Shown: positions 9,095 to 19,323, counted from the stretch's first letter. The stretch: 64,000 nt of DNA from Promethearchaeati archaeon SRVP18_Atabeyarchaeia-1 (GCA_037308085.1 CP147779.1:2560001-2624000); one strand, 5' to 3'. Notes: generated from the sequence alone by a model not told the origin. Program-made: numbers and translations.

Positions 9095-9935
9095 AAACGT
9101 GGTAGAGAACCCAACGCATGTTTGCGGCGTCCAAGCTGAGGCAAAAGCTCTCGCACTGCTTAAGGGCATTGTGGAAGAGAACAGTAGAGCGTTCAAGATG
9201 GATGGGAACCAGCTCACCGTGACTACCCAGAAGGGGAAAAGATACTTCATCGAAATTCGAACCGCGAAGGTCTACAATGAATCTGGAAAGTTCGTGTGTG
9301 TTAGTGTTCTCGCTCCTAACCTGCCAATTGCTGACCAAGTCATCGCCAAGTCGCTTCATCTTCTTTGTCACCCTGATTCCTTGTCGAACCTGGATCAAGA
9401 CTTGCTGTTCAAGCTTGCTTTTGCCGGCGTCGAGCCCCGCGTTGAATGGCCATGGATAAAATCCATTTCATATTCCACTCTGGGGGAGACTTTCTCGGAT
9501 CTGATTGGTGCTGACTTTGCCGTAAAAGAAATCAGGATTGGCGGCCTCTCAATAAGGTTGCAGATGTGGTACGTGAACTACAATAATAGATTCAGGTCAA
9601 TAAGATCCAAGCACATCAAGGGAAGCATGGGTGGGATAATCCTATGCAACGCCAACAGTGACCCTGAGAAGGTCGGCAATTGCCAGGCAAGCATCGATGA
9701 GCTGAGATCCTGTAACGGGGAAAACTTACCGATGGCCCTCGTGGGTCTATATGATAGTACTCAAATGGATTGCGGGAAGAGTGAATCGCTGAGGCTGGGC
9801 GAAGACGTAGCAAGACGCAACAGGATCCCGTTCTTCACTTGCTCCCTGGATCACCCCTCAATGACCCAGAAACCACTAACCTACATTGTGAAAAGGGTCT
9901 TAACAAGACACAAAGACGCAGAGACAAGAAGCTGA
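9087..9935 (+). CDS. Fusion of an unknown Cys-containing N-terminal domain and a degenerate Rab-like pseudo-GTPase
   Basis: C-terminal FKLAFAG...IGADFAVKEI...IRLQMW...RFRSIRSKHIKGSMGGII...LPMALVG...FFTCS follows the Rab scaffold but lacks GKS/T, DxxG and NKxD. Confidence 0.7.
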   Translation: MDRNVVENPTHVCGVQAEAKALALLKGIVEENSRAFKMDGNQLTVTTQKGKRYFIEIRTAKVYNESGKFVCVSVLAPNLPIADQVIAKSLHLLCHPDSLSNLDQDLLFKLAFAGVEPRVEWPWIKSISYSTLGETFSDLIGADFAVKEIRIGGLSIRLQMWYVNYNNRFRSIRSKHIKGSMGGIILCNANSDPEKVGNCQASIDELRSCNGENLPMALVGLYDSTQMDCGKSESLRLGEDVARRNRIPFFTCSLDHPSMTQKPLTYIVKRVLTRHKDAETRS

Positions 9936-9991
9936 TCTATGACAGTGAGTCTGATCAGAAACATGTTCTTCTGATCTCCCTAGATTGAACG

Positions 9992-10570
9992 GTGAAGAAG
10001 GCAATGAGTGAGAAGTTCGTCGTAGTATTGACGCGAACCACTGGTCTGCCCGATGATTATGCAGTTTCTGCATGCAAGATTCTGGAATCGAAACTTGGTC
10101 GGAGCTTTGTCTTCAAAGTCAATAATAAGGTGGTCATTCCACCTCAAGATGGCTACAAGGAGGAGAGGAAGCAGTACACCGCGGAAGCCTTTCTGAATCT
10201 AGCTGAGCGCTTGCAGACCGAAATGAATTCCTTTGCATCTATTATTCTGACTGATGTTGATATTTTCGCAAAGTTCACCAACTATATCTTTGGATTGGCA
10301 GACATGGTGCACAGAGTGGCAGTGGTCTCAAGTTGCAGAATACACCCTTCCTTCTGGGGTATGAAAGAAACCAGAGAGTTGTTTGACGAGCAGTGGGGAA
10401 AGGTCGTCACGCACGAGTTTGGGCACGGGCTTGGGATATCCCATTGTGAGAATTGGGATTGTGTAATGAAGTACAGTAACTCACCCACGGAGCTGCAGAG
10501 AAAAGGTAGAGAATTCTGCGGAAAATGCGCAAGGGAAGTTGAGCAGACAATCGCGAACTTACAGCGATGA
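9992..10570 (+). CDS. amzA: Archaemetzincin (peptidase M54)
   Basis: HEFGHGLGISHC-x4-CVM-x2-S...FCGKC: metzincin motif plus Cys4 Zn site. Confidence 0.9.
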   Translation: MKKAMSEKFVVVLTRTTGLPDDYAVSACKILESKLGRSFVFKVNNKVVIPPQDGYKEERKQYTAEAFLNLAERLQTEMNSFASIILTDVDIFAKFTNYIFGLADMVHRVAVVSSCRIHPSFWGMKETRELFDEQWGKVVTHEFGHGLGISHCENWDCVMKYSNSPTELQRKGREFCGKCAREVEQTIANLQR

Positions 10571-10621
10571 TTGCCTGATGAAACACTGACTGCATCCGAG
10601 CTTGTGGGAAGGAACTCGGGT

Positions 10622-11356
10622 CTACTTCTTACTATTGGTGTATTCTTCCTTCATATACATGACATTGCTTGACTTCTTCTTGGTCCAATAAGCGAATGCT
10701 GTGGCAGCCATCAGCTTGAAGTACTTCAGGAAGCCCATCTTCTTGACGCGTCGGGATGATGTGTACACTCGCCACTTCGAGTCGAAGGCGATCTTCCCGT
10801 ATCTTCTTGCTCTCCACCCAATTTCGACATCGTGAACTATGTTATACCCCGCGATGAAGCCACCAACCCTCTTAAGCACGTCCAGTCGTACTGCGCTTCC
10901 TTGACCAGCTAGTAGCGGTCTCCCTACTAGAGCGCAGAACTTGGCAAAGACGGCGAGCGAGTCAAGACTGAGTCTGGACATGAAGTCCTGTTCAATTGAG
11001 GAACTGACGCCGGCAAAGGCGACCACACCTTTCTTCGAGAACCGACCCAAAATGGCCTCAACCCAATCACTGGGCGCGATCACGTCGGCATCCATTGATG
11101 CAAGTATCTTTCCCCGCGCTGCGCATGCAGCAGTATTCTTGGCGCCTGCGATGCCCTTCCCCTTCTGCATCATCACCTTGTCGGCGCCGAACTTCTCTGC
11201 AAGCTTCCAAGTTCGATCCTTCGAGCCCCCATCTACGACAAGCACCTCGTATTTATCTCTCGTCACTGACTGGTTGTTCAGCGCCGCCAAACAGGTGCGT
11301 ATGTTGTCCTCCTCATTGTATGTGGGCACGACAATCGTAACCACGGGTCTGGCCAT
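10622..11356 (-). CDS. Glycosyltransferase family 2
   Basis: VVPTYNEE, VVDGGSKD, DAD motif, TSSRR. Confidence 0.92.
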   Translation of the reverse strand: MARPVVTIVVPTYNEEDNIRTCLAALNNQSVTRDKYEVLVVDGGSKDRTWKLAEKFGADKVMMQKGKGIAGAKNTAACAARGKILASMDADVIAPSDWVEAILGRFSKKGVVAFAGVSSSIEQDFMSRLSLDSLAVFAKFCALVGRPLLAGQGSAVRLDVLKRVGGFIAGYNIVHDVEIGWRARRYGKIAFDSKWRVYTSSRRVKKMGFLKYFKLMAATAFAYWTKKKSSNVMYMKEEYTNSKK

Positions 11357-11435
11357 TTACGGTCGACTCTCCTAGTGTACACGCAATAGAGAACCCATAT
11401 TACTGCCAGAGTTAGCTCGACTAGCTGGCGTCTTC

Positions 11436-12896
11436 TCAGAGGTCAGGTTCTTCTTTCTGCAAGTAGAGTGTACTCCTTAGTTCGTTATAAAAACGTCTTA
11501 TGTGAGTCAGATTCAAGAATATCTGTTTTCTGCGATGGTGTAGTGACCTGAGCAGTTGCTTCAGCATATACGACTTCCTCAAATAGAACCTCTTGTGGGC
11601 ATCCTTCAGCAGTTGGTAGTAGTTGTCAAGAGTCAGCTGGGGATGTATTTCCAGACCCATCACAGAGTCTTCCCACTTGTTTTCATCGTCTATGAGACCT
11701 TGCTGGGCCAACTCTGTCCATAGGGGCATACCTCTGCACAGCCGCAGTATGTTGATTTGGGCAAAATCAATGTCGAGCGCTACCGCCTTCTCGATGGTCT
11801 CACGCATTTCGGCAATTGTTTCTATAGGTGCGCCGAGTATAAAGCTGCCCACTACGTCAAGCCCTGCCCTGCGGGCTTTGTTGACAGCTTGCTTCGCCAT
11901 TTCGTACGTGATCCCTTTCCTATAGTACTTCAGTATCTTGTCTACGCAGCTCTCTATTCCAAAGTACATGACCTTGCAGCCTGCGTTGAACATTTCTCGG
12001 AACATGTTCTCGTCTGCTTGGTTGACTCTTCCCTCACAGTACCAATCGAGATCGAGACCTTCCTTCTTGATCGTTCTGCATATTTCCATGACGCGATCCT
12101 TGTTGAAGGTGAAGTTGTCGTCTACAAACATGTACTCGTTCAGCCCATACTTGTCATTGAAGAACCGTAGTTCTTCCACAACACTCTGAGGAGATCTCCA
12201 TCTTATGGTAGAGTTAGTGAATGCGGCGCATGAGCAGAATCTGCACGTATAGTGGCAGCCTCTCGAAGTCAGAAGCCCCCCTAGGTTCTTGGAGGTTGTC
12301 CGTATTCCTCCGAAGTAGCCATACGTGAGGTGGGAAACCAGTTCATAGGCCGGAAATGGAAGGGAGTCCAAATTCTCTATGAGCGGTCGATCCTCGTTTA
12401 TTCTTACCTTACCATTCTCCCGGTAGCTTAATCCTCTGATCTTGGCAAGCTCGGGTTTCCTCTTCTCAAGCTCCATAGCCAGCTCAGTTGCCGTCCCCTC
12501 TCCTTCTTTTCGGGCAACAAAGTCTATGCTCCTATACTTGGCCAAGATCCTGTCGTGGTTGAATGTTGCAAAATAACCTCCGAGTATTATTGGAGAGCCG
12601 GGGAACTCCTCTTTGCAGGTTTCAGCCACATCAGTTATGCTCTTGAATGTGGGAGTCAGCGTAGATATGCCAACCAGATCCGGTTTGCTGGTTCGAAGCC
12701 CTCTTACGAGTTGCTTCTTCGTTCTGATTAGCTCGGCATTCATGTCGAGGAGCTTCACCGAAAACCCCTCTTTCTTTAACACAGCGGCGATGTAAAGTAA
12801 TCCAAGAGGCGGTGAACTCGACTCCATATTGATGCGTGACCCGTAGATGCCCTCGACCATGGAAGTTGGTTCTATCAAAAGAACTCGGAAAGTCAT
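11436..12896 (-). CDS. Cobalamin-binding radical SAM protein (class B methyltransferase-like)
   Basis: PPLGLLYIAA B12-binding domain, TSRGCHYTCRFC, DDNF, FGIES. Confidence 0.92.
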   Translation of the reverse strand: MTFRVLLIEPTSMVEGIYGSRINMESSSPPLGLLYIAAVLKKEGFSVKLLDMNAELIRTKKQLVRGLRTSKPDLVGISTLTPTFKSITDVAETCKEEFPGSPIILGGYFATFNHDRILAKYRSIDFVARKEGEGTATELAMELEKRKPELAKIRGLSYRENGKVRINEDRPLIENLDSLPFPAYELVSHLTYGYFGGIRTTSKNLGGLLTSRGCHYTCRFCSCAAFTNSTIRWRSPQSVVEELRFFNDKYGLNEYMFVDDNFTFNKDRVMEICRTIKKEGLDLDWYCEGRVNQADENMFREMFNAGCKVMYFGIESCVDKILKYYRKGITYEMAKQAVNKARRAGLDVVGSFILGAPIETIAEMRETIEKAVALDIDFAQINILRLCRGMPLWTELAQQGLIDDENKWEDSVMGLEIHPQLTLDNYYQLLKDAHKRFYLRKSYMLKQLLRSLHHRRKQIFLNLTHIRRFYNELRSTLYLQKEEPDL

Positions 12897-13098
12897 TGCA
12901 CAAACACATCCATCAAAGCAATCGTGGCAATCCGCTTGGCTGCAGACTTGCTTTTTGAGAATGTCTGATCCATACTCTATTTCCAGAGAACTGACTTAAG
13001 ATTTTTGGAAAAAGAAATAATGGGCGAAGACGTCTATAATGACTCCCAATTGAATGCCAAAGTATCGGGACTTGACGCTTTGTAGAACTGCCTCGTCT

Positions 13099-13833
13099 CT
13101 ATTTCCATACTATCGAGTACAAGTCTCCAGCTCTCTTACCTTTCTTGACTTTTTCTTGAACTCTTAGCTTGGTATTGCTGTAGTCGCTTGATAGTAGCTT
13201 CAGTGTGAATGTGTCTGATGCCACGCCTCGTTTTGGTAGCTCGTAGATTAGCGTGTTGACAACCGTCTGCACAAGATCTTTACACGTATCAGACAAGTCT
13301 CCCATCATGGTTCCACCGTATTTCGTTATAGCATCGACATTTCTCCGCGTCAGCTTTCTTATCCTGAACGTGCTATAGAACATGAGTCCAAATAGCAGGA
13401 CGAATGCGACTAGCGTGATGATGAGGAAATTCTGTGGGAAGATCTCCATGGCAACCAAAAGGACTCCGAAAGCTACGAGACCCATGACAGAGCTCATGAG
13501 TCTCCATGGATTCCTGAACGAACTAAGTTTCGTGAGTGACTCCAGTGCATTTGCGACCTTCGGGGACGATCTTACTGTCTGCACCTTCTCTAGCAGAGAA
13601 TTCCACGACTCCAGGACCTTCTTGAAATCTCCTGCAACTGATCTAACGGCGTCGTCCATACGAGTGAGATTCCCAAACAGAAGAGATGAAGTCTGGAGTC
13701 TCCAATAGTCTGCCGCGCTGGCGAGATCGCCCAGTCGGGTTATTTTCGACGCGCTGTCGTCGGCAACGGCTTTCTTATCATTGTTCTTTGAGCCGGTCTC
13801 GCGTCCCTTGTTATCCTTTGAAGTCTTCGACAA
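13099..13833 (-). CDS. Hypothetical membrane protein (2 TM)
   Basis: Two adjacent hydrophobic helices in mid-protein; no motif recognised. Confidence 0.65.
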   Translation of the reverse strand: MSKTSKDNKGRETGSKNNDKKAVADDSASKITRLGDLASAADYWRLQTSSLLFGNLTRMDDAVRSVAGDFKKVLESWNSLLEKVQTVRSSPKVANALESLTKLSSFRNPWRLMSSVMGLVAFGVLLVAMEIFPQNFLIITLVAFVLLFGLMFYSTFRIRKLTRRNVDAITKYGGTMMGDLSDTCKDLVQTVVNTLIYELPKRGVASDTFTLKLLSSDYSNTKLRVQEKVKKGKRAGDLYSIVWK

Positions 13834-14015
13834 TAAACCAACTCTCCGAAAGACTATGATCTCTCAGTAATGCAAATTGATTTGGCGTGCCTTTAGCAAA
13901 CGCCTTCTTTATAGAGAATCATTCTGGTAATTAAGCTTCTCCTTAATGGAAATATCAACGATTGGGTTGCGAAGGGTCGAAAGAGAAAAAGAAAAGAGGA
14001 TGGAACGATGGGACT

Positions 14016-15881
14016 CTAGCCCCACAGGTCCTTTGCCTCCTTCTTCAGCCCCAATTCTAGGAGTTTCTGCTTTGTGGGCTTGCCTGTTGCAGCGTCCCAT
14101 TTTCTTAGCGAATAGTACTCTTTTATCAAGCTCGGGAATTTCTGGATTGACTGACCTTGATTGCCACCTTCGCTCTGAGGTTCCATCAGGCGCTTGGGCA
14201 GCACGTCATCTTTTGCCGTCAGCCCATGCCTAATATTGAAAGACCTTGTCAGATTCGCTATCCGCTCGCCTGCTTTCATGAGTTCGCCCGCCGTTATTCC
14301 CCACCCTGTCGTAGCATTTAACAGTGAGGTCAATTGGCCGACGCTGAAGCCAGTTGATACTGCATATGTACACATTCCTATCGCATCAACTATCATATTG
14401 AAGTCAATTGCAGCAACGGAGAGAGCGGCTTTGCGCTCCTCAGAAGTAGATTCCACCGACTCTGAGAGAATGGGTATATCCGGCACAGGGGACTGACCCA
14501 TCTCCTGCGATTGCCCTTCGGTGTGACGCCCGCCTGTCGAGCCCACAGCATAAGTGACTGCGAGTGATTTGTTGTATCTTGGATCATGCATGGCCAGCTC
14601 GAGACCTTTAACTTGGACCGCGAAATCCTCAGAGCCTTTGCCTATCTTCTTCGCTGCTCTTCTGACGCCCTCAGCCAGAGTGTCTCCTATGTCTTTTCGA
14701 AAAGCGATCCTCCTGATCATTTCGATTGTGGCGTCGGAGTCTCCCCACTTCAGTTCCATTCCCCCACAGTCCTTTCTTGTTAGTAAGCCCTTTTCGTAGC
14801 ACTCCATGGCGAACGCTATCACTGAGCCAGCTGAGATTGTGTCCAGTCCTAGCCTGTTGCACAGATCGTTGGCCTTGCAGAGAGCTGCAAGGTTGCCATT
14901 CATGCAGTTGGTGCCGAGAGACGCGCATGTCTCGTACTCAGGCCCCCCGCCTTCGCATGCATAAGGCGCTTCCGTCACCTTGACCCACCGACCACAGGCG
15001 ATTGGGCAGTTGAAGCAGGCATATCTCCTTTTGAGGTAAGTCTCGGCCAATGCTCCTCCAGTGAGCTTCTCTGCATCGGCGAATTCTCCTTTGCTCCAAT
15101 TCTTGATTGGCGTATCGCCGGTGCCCACCAGCATCAGCAAACCGCCACTTGATCCGTAGCCTCCTAAAGCGGGAGCGATTGGACTCTCTTTTATCGCTTT
15201 TACTGCTTCAAGGCTCTGCCTCCTCAGTCCATCCTCGTCCGCCAAGGGAGGCTTCTGGGTTCCTCTAGCCACTATGGCCTTCAGCTTCTTTGATCCCATG
15301 ACCGCCCCTAGGCCACACCTTCCCGCGGCTCTATGCCCATCATTAATGACCGCGGCGAATCTGACTAGCCTCTCTCCAGCAGGACCGCAGCATGCGACTC
15401 TAATTTTCTTGTCTCCCAAGTCTCCTCTCAATGCATCTTCGGTCTCAGTTGCGTCTTTGCCCCAGAGGTGGTCGCCGGGCTTGAGTTCCCCCGCTCCGTC
15501 GTGAACCCATAGGTATACCGGTTTGGAGGCTTTGCCTTGGATTACTATTCCATCGAAGCCAGCCCACTTAAGCTCAGGACCAAAGTACCCGCCGCTATTA
15601 GCATCACCCCAGGCGTCAGATGCTGGGGACTTGCCACAGACCTCGTAGCGCCCGCTTGTAGGTACGACCGTTCCAGTAAGTGGACCAGTCATGAATACTA
15701 GTCTGTTTTCAGCGTCAAACGCGCCGACTCCTGGCCCAACCTCGTCATATATTATCCTGGCGCCTATCCCGCGCCCACCTATGTACGTTCTTGCCATGTC
15801 CTCTGCCAATGGCGTTTTGAAGGTTTTTCCGCTAGTCAGATCCACTCGGAGAATCTGACCAGCATATCCATTACGAACCAT
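14016..15881 (-). CDS. aor: Tungsten/molybdopterin aldehyde:ferredoxin oxidoreductase
   Basis: RVDLT, YIGGRGIG, AAGRCGLGAVMGSKKLKA, CFNCPIAC, EYET, LGLDTIS, HDPR. Confidence 0.95.
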   Translation of the reverse strand: MVRNGYAGQILRVDLTSGKTFKTPLAEDMARTYIGGRGIGARIIYDEVGPGVGAFDAENRLVFMTGPLTGTVVPTSGRYEVCGKSPASDAWGDANSGGYFGPELKWAGFDGIVIQGKASKPVYLWVHDGAGELKPGDHLWGKDATETEDALRGDLGDKKIRVACCGPAGERLVRFAAVINDGHRAAGRCGLGAVMGSKKLKAIVARGTQKPPLADEDGLRRQSLEAVKAIKESPIAPALGGYGSSGGLLMLVGTGDTPIKNWSKGEFADAEKLTGGALAETYLKRRYACFNCPIACGRWVKVTEAPYACEGGGPEYETCASLGTNCMNGNLAALCKANDLCNRLGLDTISAGSVIAFAMECYEKGLLTRKDCGGMELKWGDSDATIEMIRRIAFRKDIGDTLAEGVRRAAKKIGKGSEDFAVQVKGLELAMHDPRYNKSLAVTYAVGSTGGRHTEGQSQEMGQSPVPDIPILSESVESTSEERKAALSVAAIDFNMIVDAIGMCTYAVSTGFSVGQLTSLLNATTGWGITAGELMKAGERIANLTRSFNIRHGLTAKDDVLPKRLMEPQSEGGNQGQSIQKFPSLIKEYYSLRKWDAATGKPTKQKLLELGLKKEAKDLWG

Positions 15882-16099
15882 TTTTCTCTCTCCTTGAAGA
15901 AACAGTAGCCTCGAACACGAGAATAGGAATCATGTTACTGGTGGTGCAAGTCACTAAAAAGCATTGCCTTGGTTTTCCGATCTTGGCTGTCATCATGCGA
16001 CATCGCCTGCCAGAACGGAAACCTTGATGCACAGTGCTCTCCCAGGGCAAATAGCCATCGATTCACTGCGATTGCGCTAGGTCTTCTCGGGTCTTGGGA

Positions 16100-17158
16100 T
16101 CAAGCGGCTTTTGGCGTAAGGGAAGACCCACCACCCTTTCTGGAGTCAAAATCCGTTCCATAATTGCTCTCGGAAGATCTGGTTGAGCGCCCATCTTCAG
16201 CCTCTGGTGCATCACGGCGTTCTTTGGGCTCCTCCTTCTGAGGTTTCTCTTCAAGGATCATGTGGTCTATGGCGGTCACACAGGGAAGACCTTGGACGAA
16301 CGATCGTCCTCTCGTGTTCACCACCATAACGACCCTTGGATCCAGAAGACACTGGCTCGGGACATCTTGAGACAAGTACGGGCACGCTCCCTCCTGTGCC
16401 GTGTAATTATTCGCAAAGGCAATATCGCGGTGCGCGATGTTAAGTGGGTCGCGAGGAAGTATGTCTCCGATAGCGTCGGTGCAAGGCGCTAGAAATGTAG
16501 CCGACTTGGTCACCGGGTTAATGAAGAGTATTCCTTCATCCTGCACAAGTATCTCAGCTGCGCCATCGGTGTTCTTGCTTCTTTCGCGCATGTCCTGCTT
16601 CAGTGATTGAAGGCTGGCTACGCTCTCTGAATCAGTAGGTTTCCCGTGGAATTTCAGTAGCTTGGACATGAGGTTGTCGCTTAGGAAATCGATGTTGTAC
16701 ATGAGTACTCCCGTTGCCCCATCGATGGACTTGATCAGATCGACCAGCTCTTTGTGAAAGGAAAGCGCGCCATTTGCTAGGGGTTCCTGCACATCTGCTG
16801 AGATCTGCGAGCAATCCACAACAATAATGATCCGGCTCAACTCACCGTGGGTGTCCGCGTACTCCCTGATATTCCTCCGGATGACATTCAGGCAAAATGA
16901 TTCTGGAGATTCATCCACGTGCTTCCCACTCAGCCCGCTTACAATAATACAACCATCCGAAGCCAGTCCAGATGCATACTGCCCTAGATCAAAATCAACA
17001 AGCAGTCTGACAGAATCGTCTTTTGGCCTACGGAATAGCGAAGATAGAAAGGAGAGTTTCTCAACTGAACCCGAGTAGATCAATAGATAGCAGCCGTTAG
17101 ACTCCGCTACCCTCTTGAATATGACCTCTCGAAGCGAGAGAGCGATGCTCTCAGACAT
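16100..17158 (-). CDS. Hypothetical protein; possible MEDS/inactive RecA-like sensor domain with Cys-rich C-terminal part
   Basis: Weak MEDS-like pattern (CYLLIYS...GVLMYNIDFLS...LLKFH); C-terminal CPYL...C...C..H and acidic tail. Confidence 0.45.
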   Translation of the reverse strand: MSESIALSLREVIFKRVAESNGCYLLIYSGSVEKLSFLSSLFRRPKDDSVRLLVDFDLGQYASGLASDGCIIVSGLSGKHVDESPESFCLNVIRRNIREYADTHGELSRIIIVVDCSQISADVQEPLANGALSFHKELVDLIKSIDGATGVLMYNIDFLSDNLMSKLLKFHGKPTDSESVASLQSLKQDMRERSKNTDGAAEILVQDEGILFINPVTKSATFLAPCTDAIGDILPRDPLNIAHRDIAFANNYTAQEGACPYLSQDVPSQCLLDPRVVMVVNTRGRSFVQGLPCVTAIDHMILEEKPQKEEPKERRDAPEAEDGRSTRSSESNYGTDFDSRKGGGSSLTPKAA

Positions 17159-17466
17159 TGATATAACCCCCCGTTTTGCCTCAGTTTTGGGTGTCCTCTT
17201 TACGTGCCAGACGTGTGGTGGCTCCTTGTGACATGAACCAGGACGACGATTCGTGTCTCAACTACTGCCCGTTCCGCATGGTAGCCCTTTCCAGCAAGTT
17301 TTCTAGGGCAAAGACGAAACTTGGAAAACACTCTTAAAGGCTTATTGGCGTCTGTTGTGTGTATCGCATTATCTACTTGTTGATTCTGCGATTATCGCAT
17401 TCAGCAATACAAGAGTCGCAACACAATACCGGGTCTTTTGTTTAGGCGTGCAAATCCCAGTATAAG

Positions 17467-18279
17467 TTACTCACTTATGTCGCCGCCAAGCACTTTCGCC
17501 CCCTCGATTATCATTTTGGACGCTTCTCTGACCTTTCTTTTTGCTACCTCCTCCTCTGCTGCCGTTGTAGCGATGCAGACTTCTGATCTTCCAGCGCCTT
17601 TTACGCAACTCTTTATCCAGATGTCGCCGATCCTGTTCATTGCCTCCTCTATTATCGGACCCAGGCGAGACTCACCCACTCCCGTCACGAGTATTCGCTT
17701 CTCCGCGTGAAAGACGCTCCCGAGATGCTCCTTCAGCCACGGAACCATGCTGTAGTTAAGTATTGCTTTCATCTCCACTGGAACCCCGGGCAGCGCAAAG
17801 ATAGTGGTCATACCTAGCTCAGCCATGACTCCTGGCGCTGTTCCGACCGGGTTAGGCAGTGGCAGCGCATCGGATGGCAAGCTTGCCATTTTCATAATTA
17901 GCCTCTCTGACTCCGCCACCTTAACGAGCCCTGCCTTCTCAGCCAAGATGTAGCGGTCTCTAACCATTTTCAATGCCGTGGGGTTGACCTCAAGGTGCCT
18001 GCCAAGCGCTTTTGCCACGCCCTCCAAGGTAACGTCATCGTAAGTTGGTCCCAACCCGCCAGACATGACAATGTAATCGGGTTTCCTACCAATTGATTCA
18101 TTCACCGATCGAGCAATAACGTCGGCATTGTCTTCGATGACATCCATTCTCTTGATCTGGATGCCGATGGATGTGAGAACCTGAGCGATCCACTGCGAAT
18201 TAGTGTTAAGGATACTTCCGTTCAGGATCTCATTTCCCGCAAAGATTAGTTCGGCTGTCTTCAACTTCGTGTTGTTCAT
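17467..18279 (-). CDS. CinA-N/molybdopterin-binding domain protein (ADP-ribose/FAD pyrophosphatase-like)
   Basis: GNEILNGSILNTNS, SGGLGPTYDDVT, NPVGTAPG, LPGVPVEM. Confidence 0.9.
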   Translation of the reverse strand: MNNTKLKTAELIFAGNEILNGSILNTNSQWIAQVLTSIGIQIKRMDVIEDNADVIARSVNESIGRKPDYIVMSGGLGPTYDDVTLEGVAKALGRHLEVNPTALKMVRDRYILAEKAGLVKVAESERLIMKMASLPSDALPLPNPVGTAPGVMAELGMTTIFALPGVPVEMKAILNYSMVPWLKEHLGSVFHAEKRILVTGVGESRLGPIIEEAMNRIGDIWIKSCVKGAGRSEVCIATTAAEEEVAKRKVREASKMIIEGAKVLGGDISE

Positions 18280-18336
18280 GCTACCACCCGGGGAAACCGG
18301 CGCTGAATGAGGTCTTGAGTCCGCCGACCCGTAGCC

Positions 18337-19323
18337 TCATTTCTTAAGCCTGCATTGAATATCAAAACCGTTAATTGAGTATTCCACCCTGCCTTCACTC
18401 TTCAGTTTACTGAGATATGCCAGCACGCAGGATGAATAGAAGTAGACATCACCTGGAGCACAGTTGTAGACTTCTCTTGTCAAGGACCAGATACTCTTCA
18501 CGCGTCCATCTGCTAAGGATTCAATTATCGCCCTTTCCCGCCTGAGCTTTCTTTCTATTGTCTCATCTATTCTCTTGTAAGGTTCTGTGACCACCGGTCC
18601 GTGGCTGGGCAACATAAGTTGCATGTCGAGTTCCTTCAGTTTCTTGAGGGAATCGATGTAGTCGACCATGTCCCCATTTGAACCGTCTGGCCATTTGCCG
18701 ACGTAGGGCGTGCCAGAGCCGAGAACTTGGTCGCCGGAAAAGAGGGCCTTTCTTCTCTCATCATAAAGGCAGATGTGTCCTTTTGCGTGACCTGGGGTAT
18801 GAACCACTCTTAATCTCGTCCCATCAACTTCGATCATGTCCCCATCTTTGACTCTTCTATGCACTTTCGTCGGCTTTATCGACTTGTAGAACTCACTCCA
18901 TTTCCTAAGCTGACGGGCTGCCTCTTCGGGCAAAGCATCCCAGGTCTCTTGCTCTGCAAGCTGTCTTGTGGGCCACTCGATGTACTCAGCCGCGATTGAA
19001 TGCGCGATTATGCGCGCTCCTGTCGCCTCTGTCAAGGCGTAGTTCCCTGAAAAATGTTCTATGTGTTCGTGTGTGTTAATTATGTATGAAATGGCTTTCC
19101 TTCGTATGCCGAGCTTCTCGATTTCTCTTATCAGGAATTGGTTAGATACGGCATCACCCATCCCGGTGTCAATGACGATAGAGCATGATCCGCCGTCGAT
19201 GACGTAAACGTTGAGTATGGGGGTGTCCTGGAAAGGCAGCTTCAGCTCAATGTCGTATACTGATTCGGAAACTTGCATTTCGGGGGATCCTCTCCCACAA
19301 GAGCTTCTATGAATGTCGCCCAA
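18337..19323 (-). CDS. MBL-fold metallo-hydrolase with C-terminal wHTH (LACTB2-like)
   Basis: IDTG, THEHIEH, HTPGHAKGH, FSGD, PSHG; probable start MQVSE at ~19278. Confidence 0.9.
   Translation of the reverse strand: MGDIHRSSCGRGSPEMQVSESVYDIELKLPFQDTPILNVYVIDGGSCSIVIDTGMGDAVSNQFLIREIEKLGIRRKAISYIINTHEHIEHFSGNYALTEATGARIIAHSIAAEYIEWPTRQLAEQETWDALPEEAARQLRKWSEFYKSIKPTKVHRRVKDGDMIEVDGTRLRVVHTPGHAKGHICLYDERRKALFSGDQVLGSGTPYVGKWPDGSNGDMVDYIDSLKKLKELDMQLMLPSHGPVVTEPYKRIDETIERKLRRERAIIESLADGRVKSIWSLTREVYNCAPGDVYFYSSCVLAYLSKLKSEGRVEYSINGFDIQCRLKK

Noticed and set aside
17360-17430. Repeated TATCGCATT and weak inverted repeats upstream of the 16100-17158 gene
   Set aside because: Too short and irregular to call an operator without comparative data
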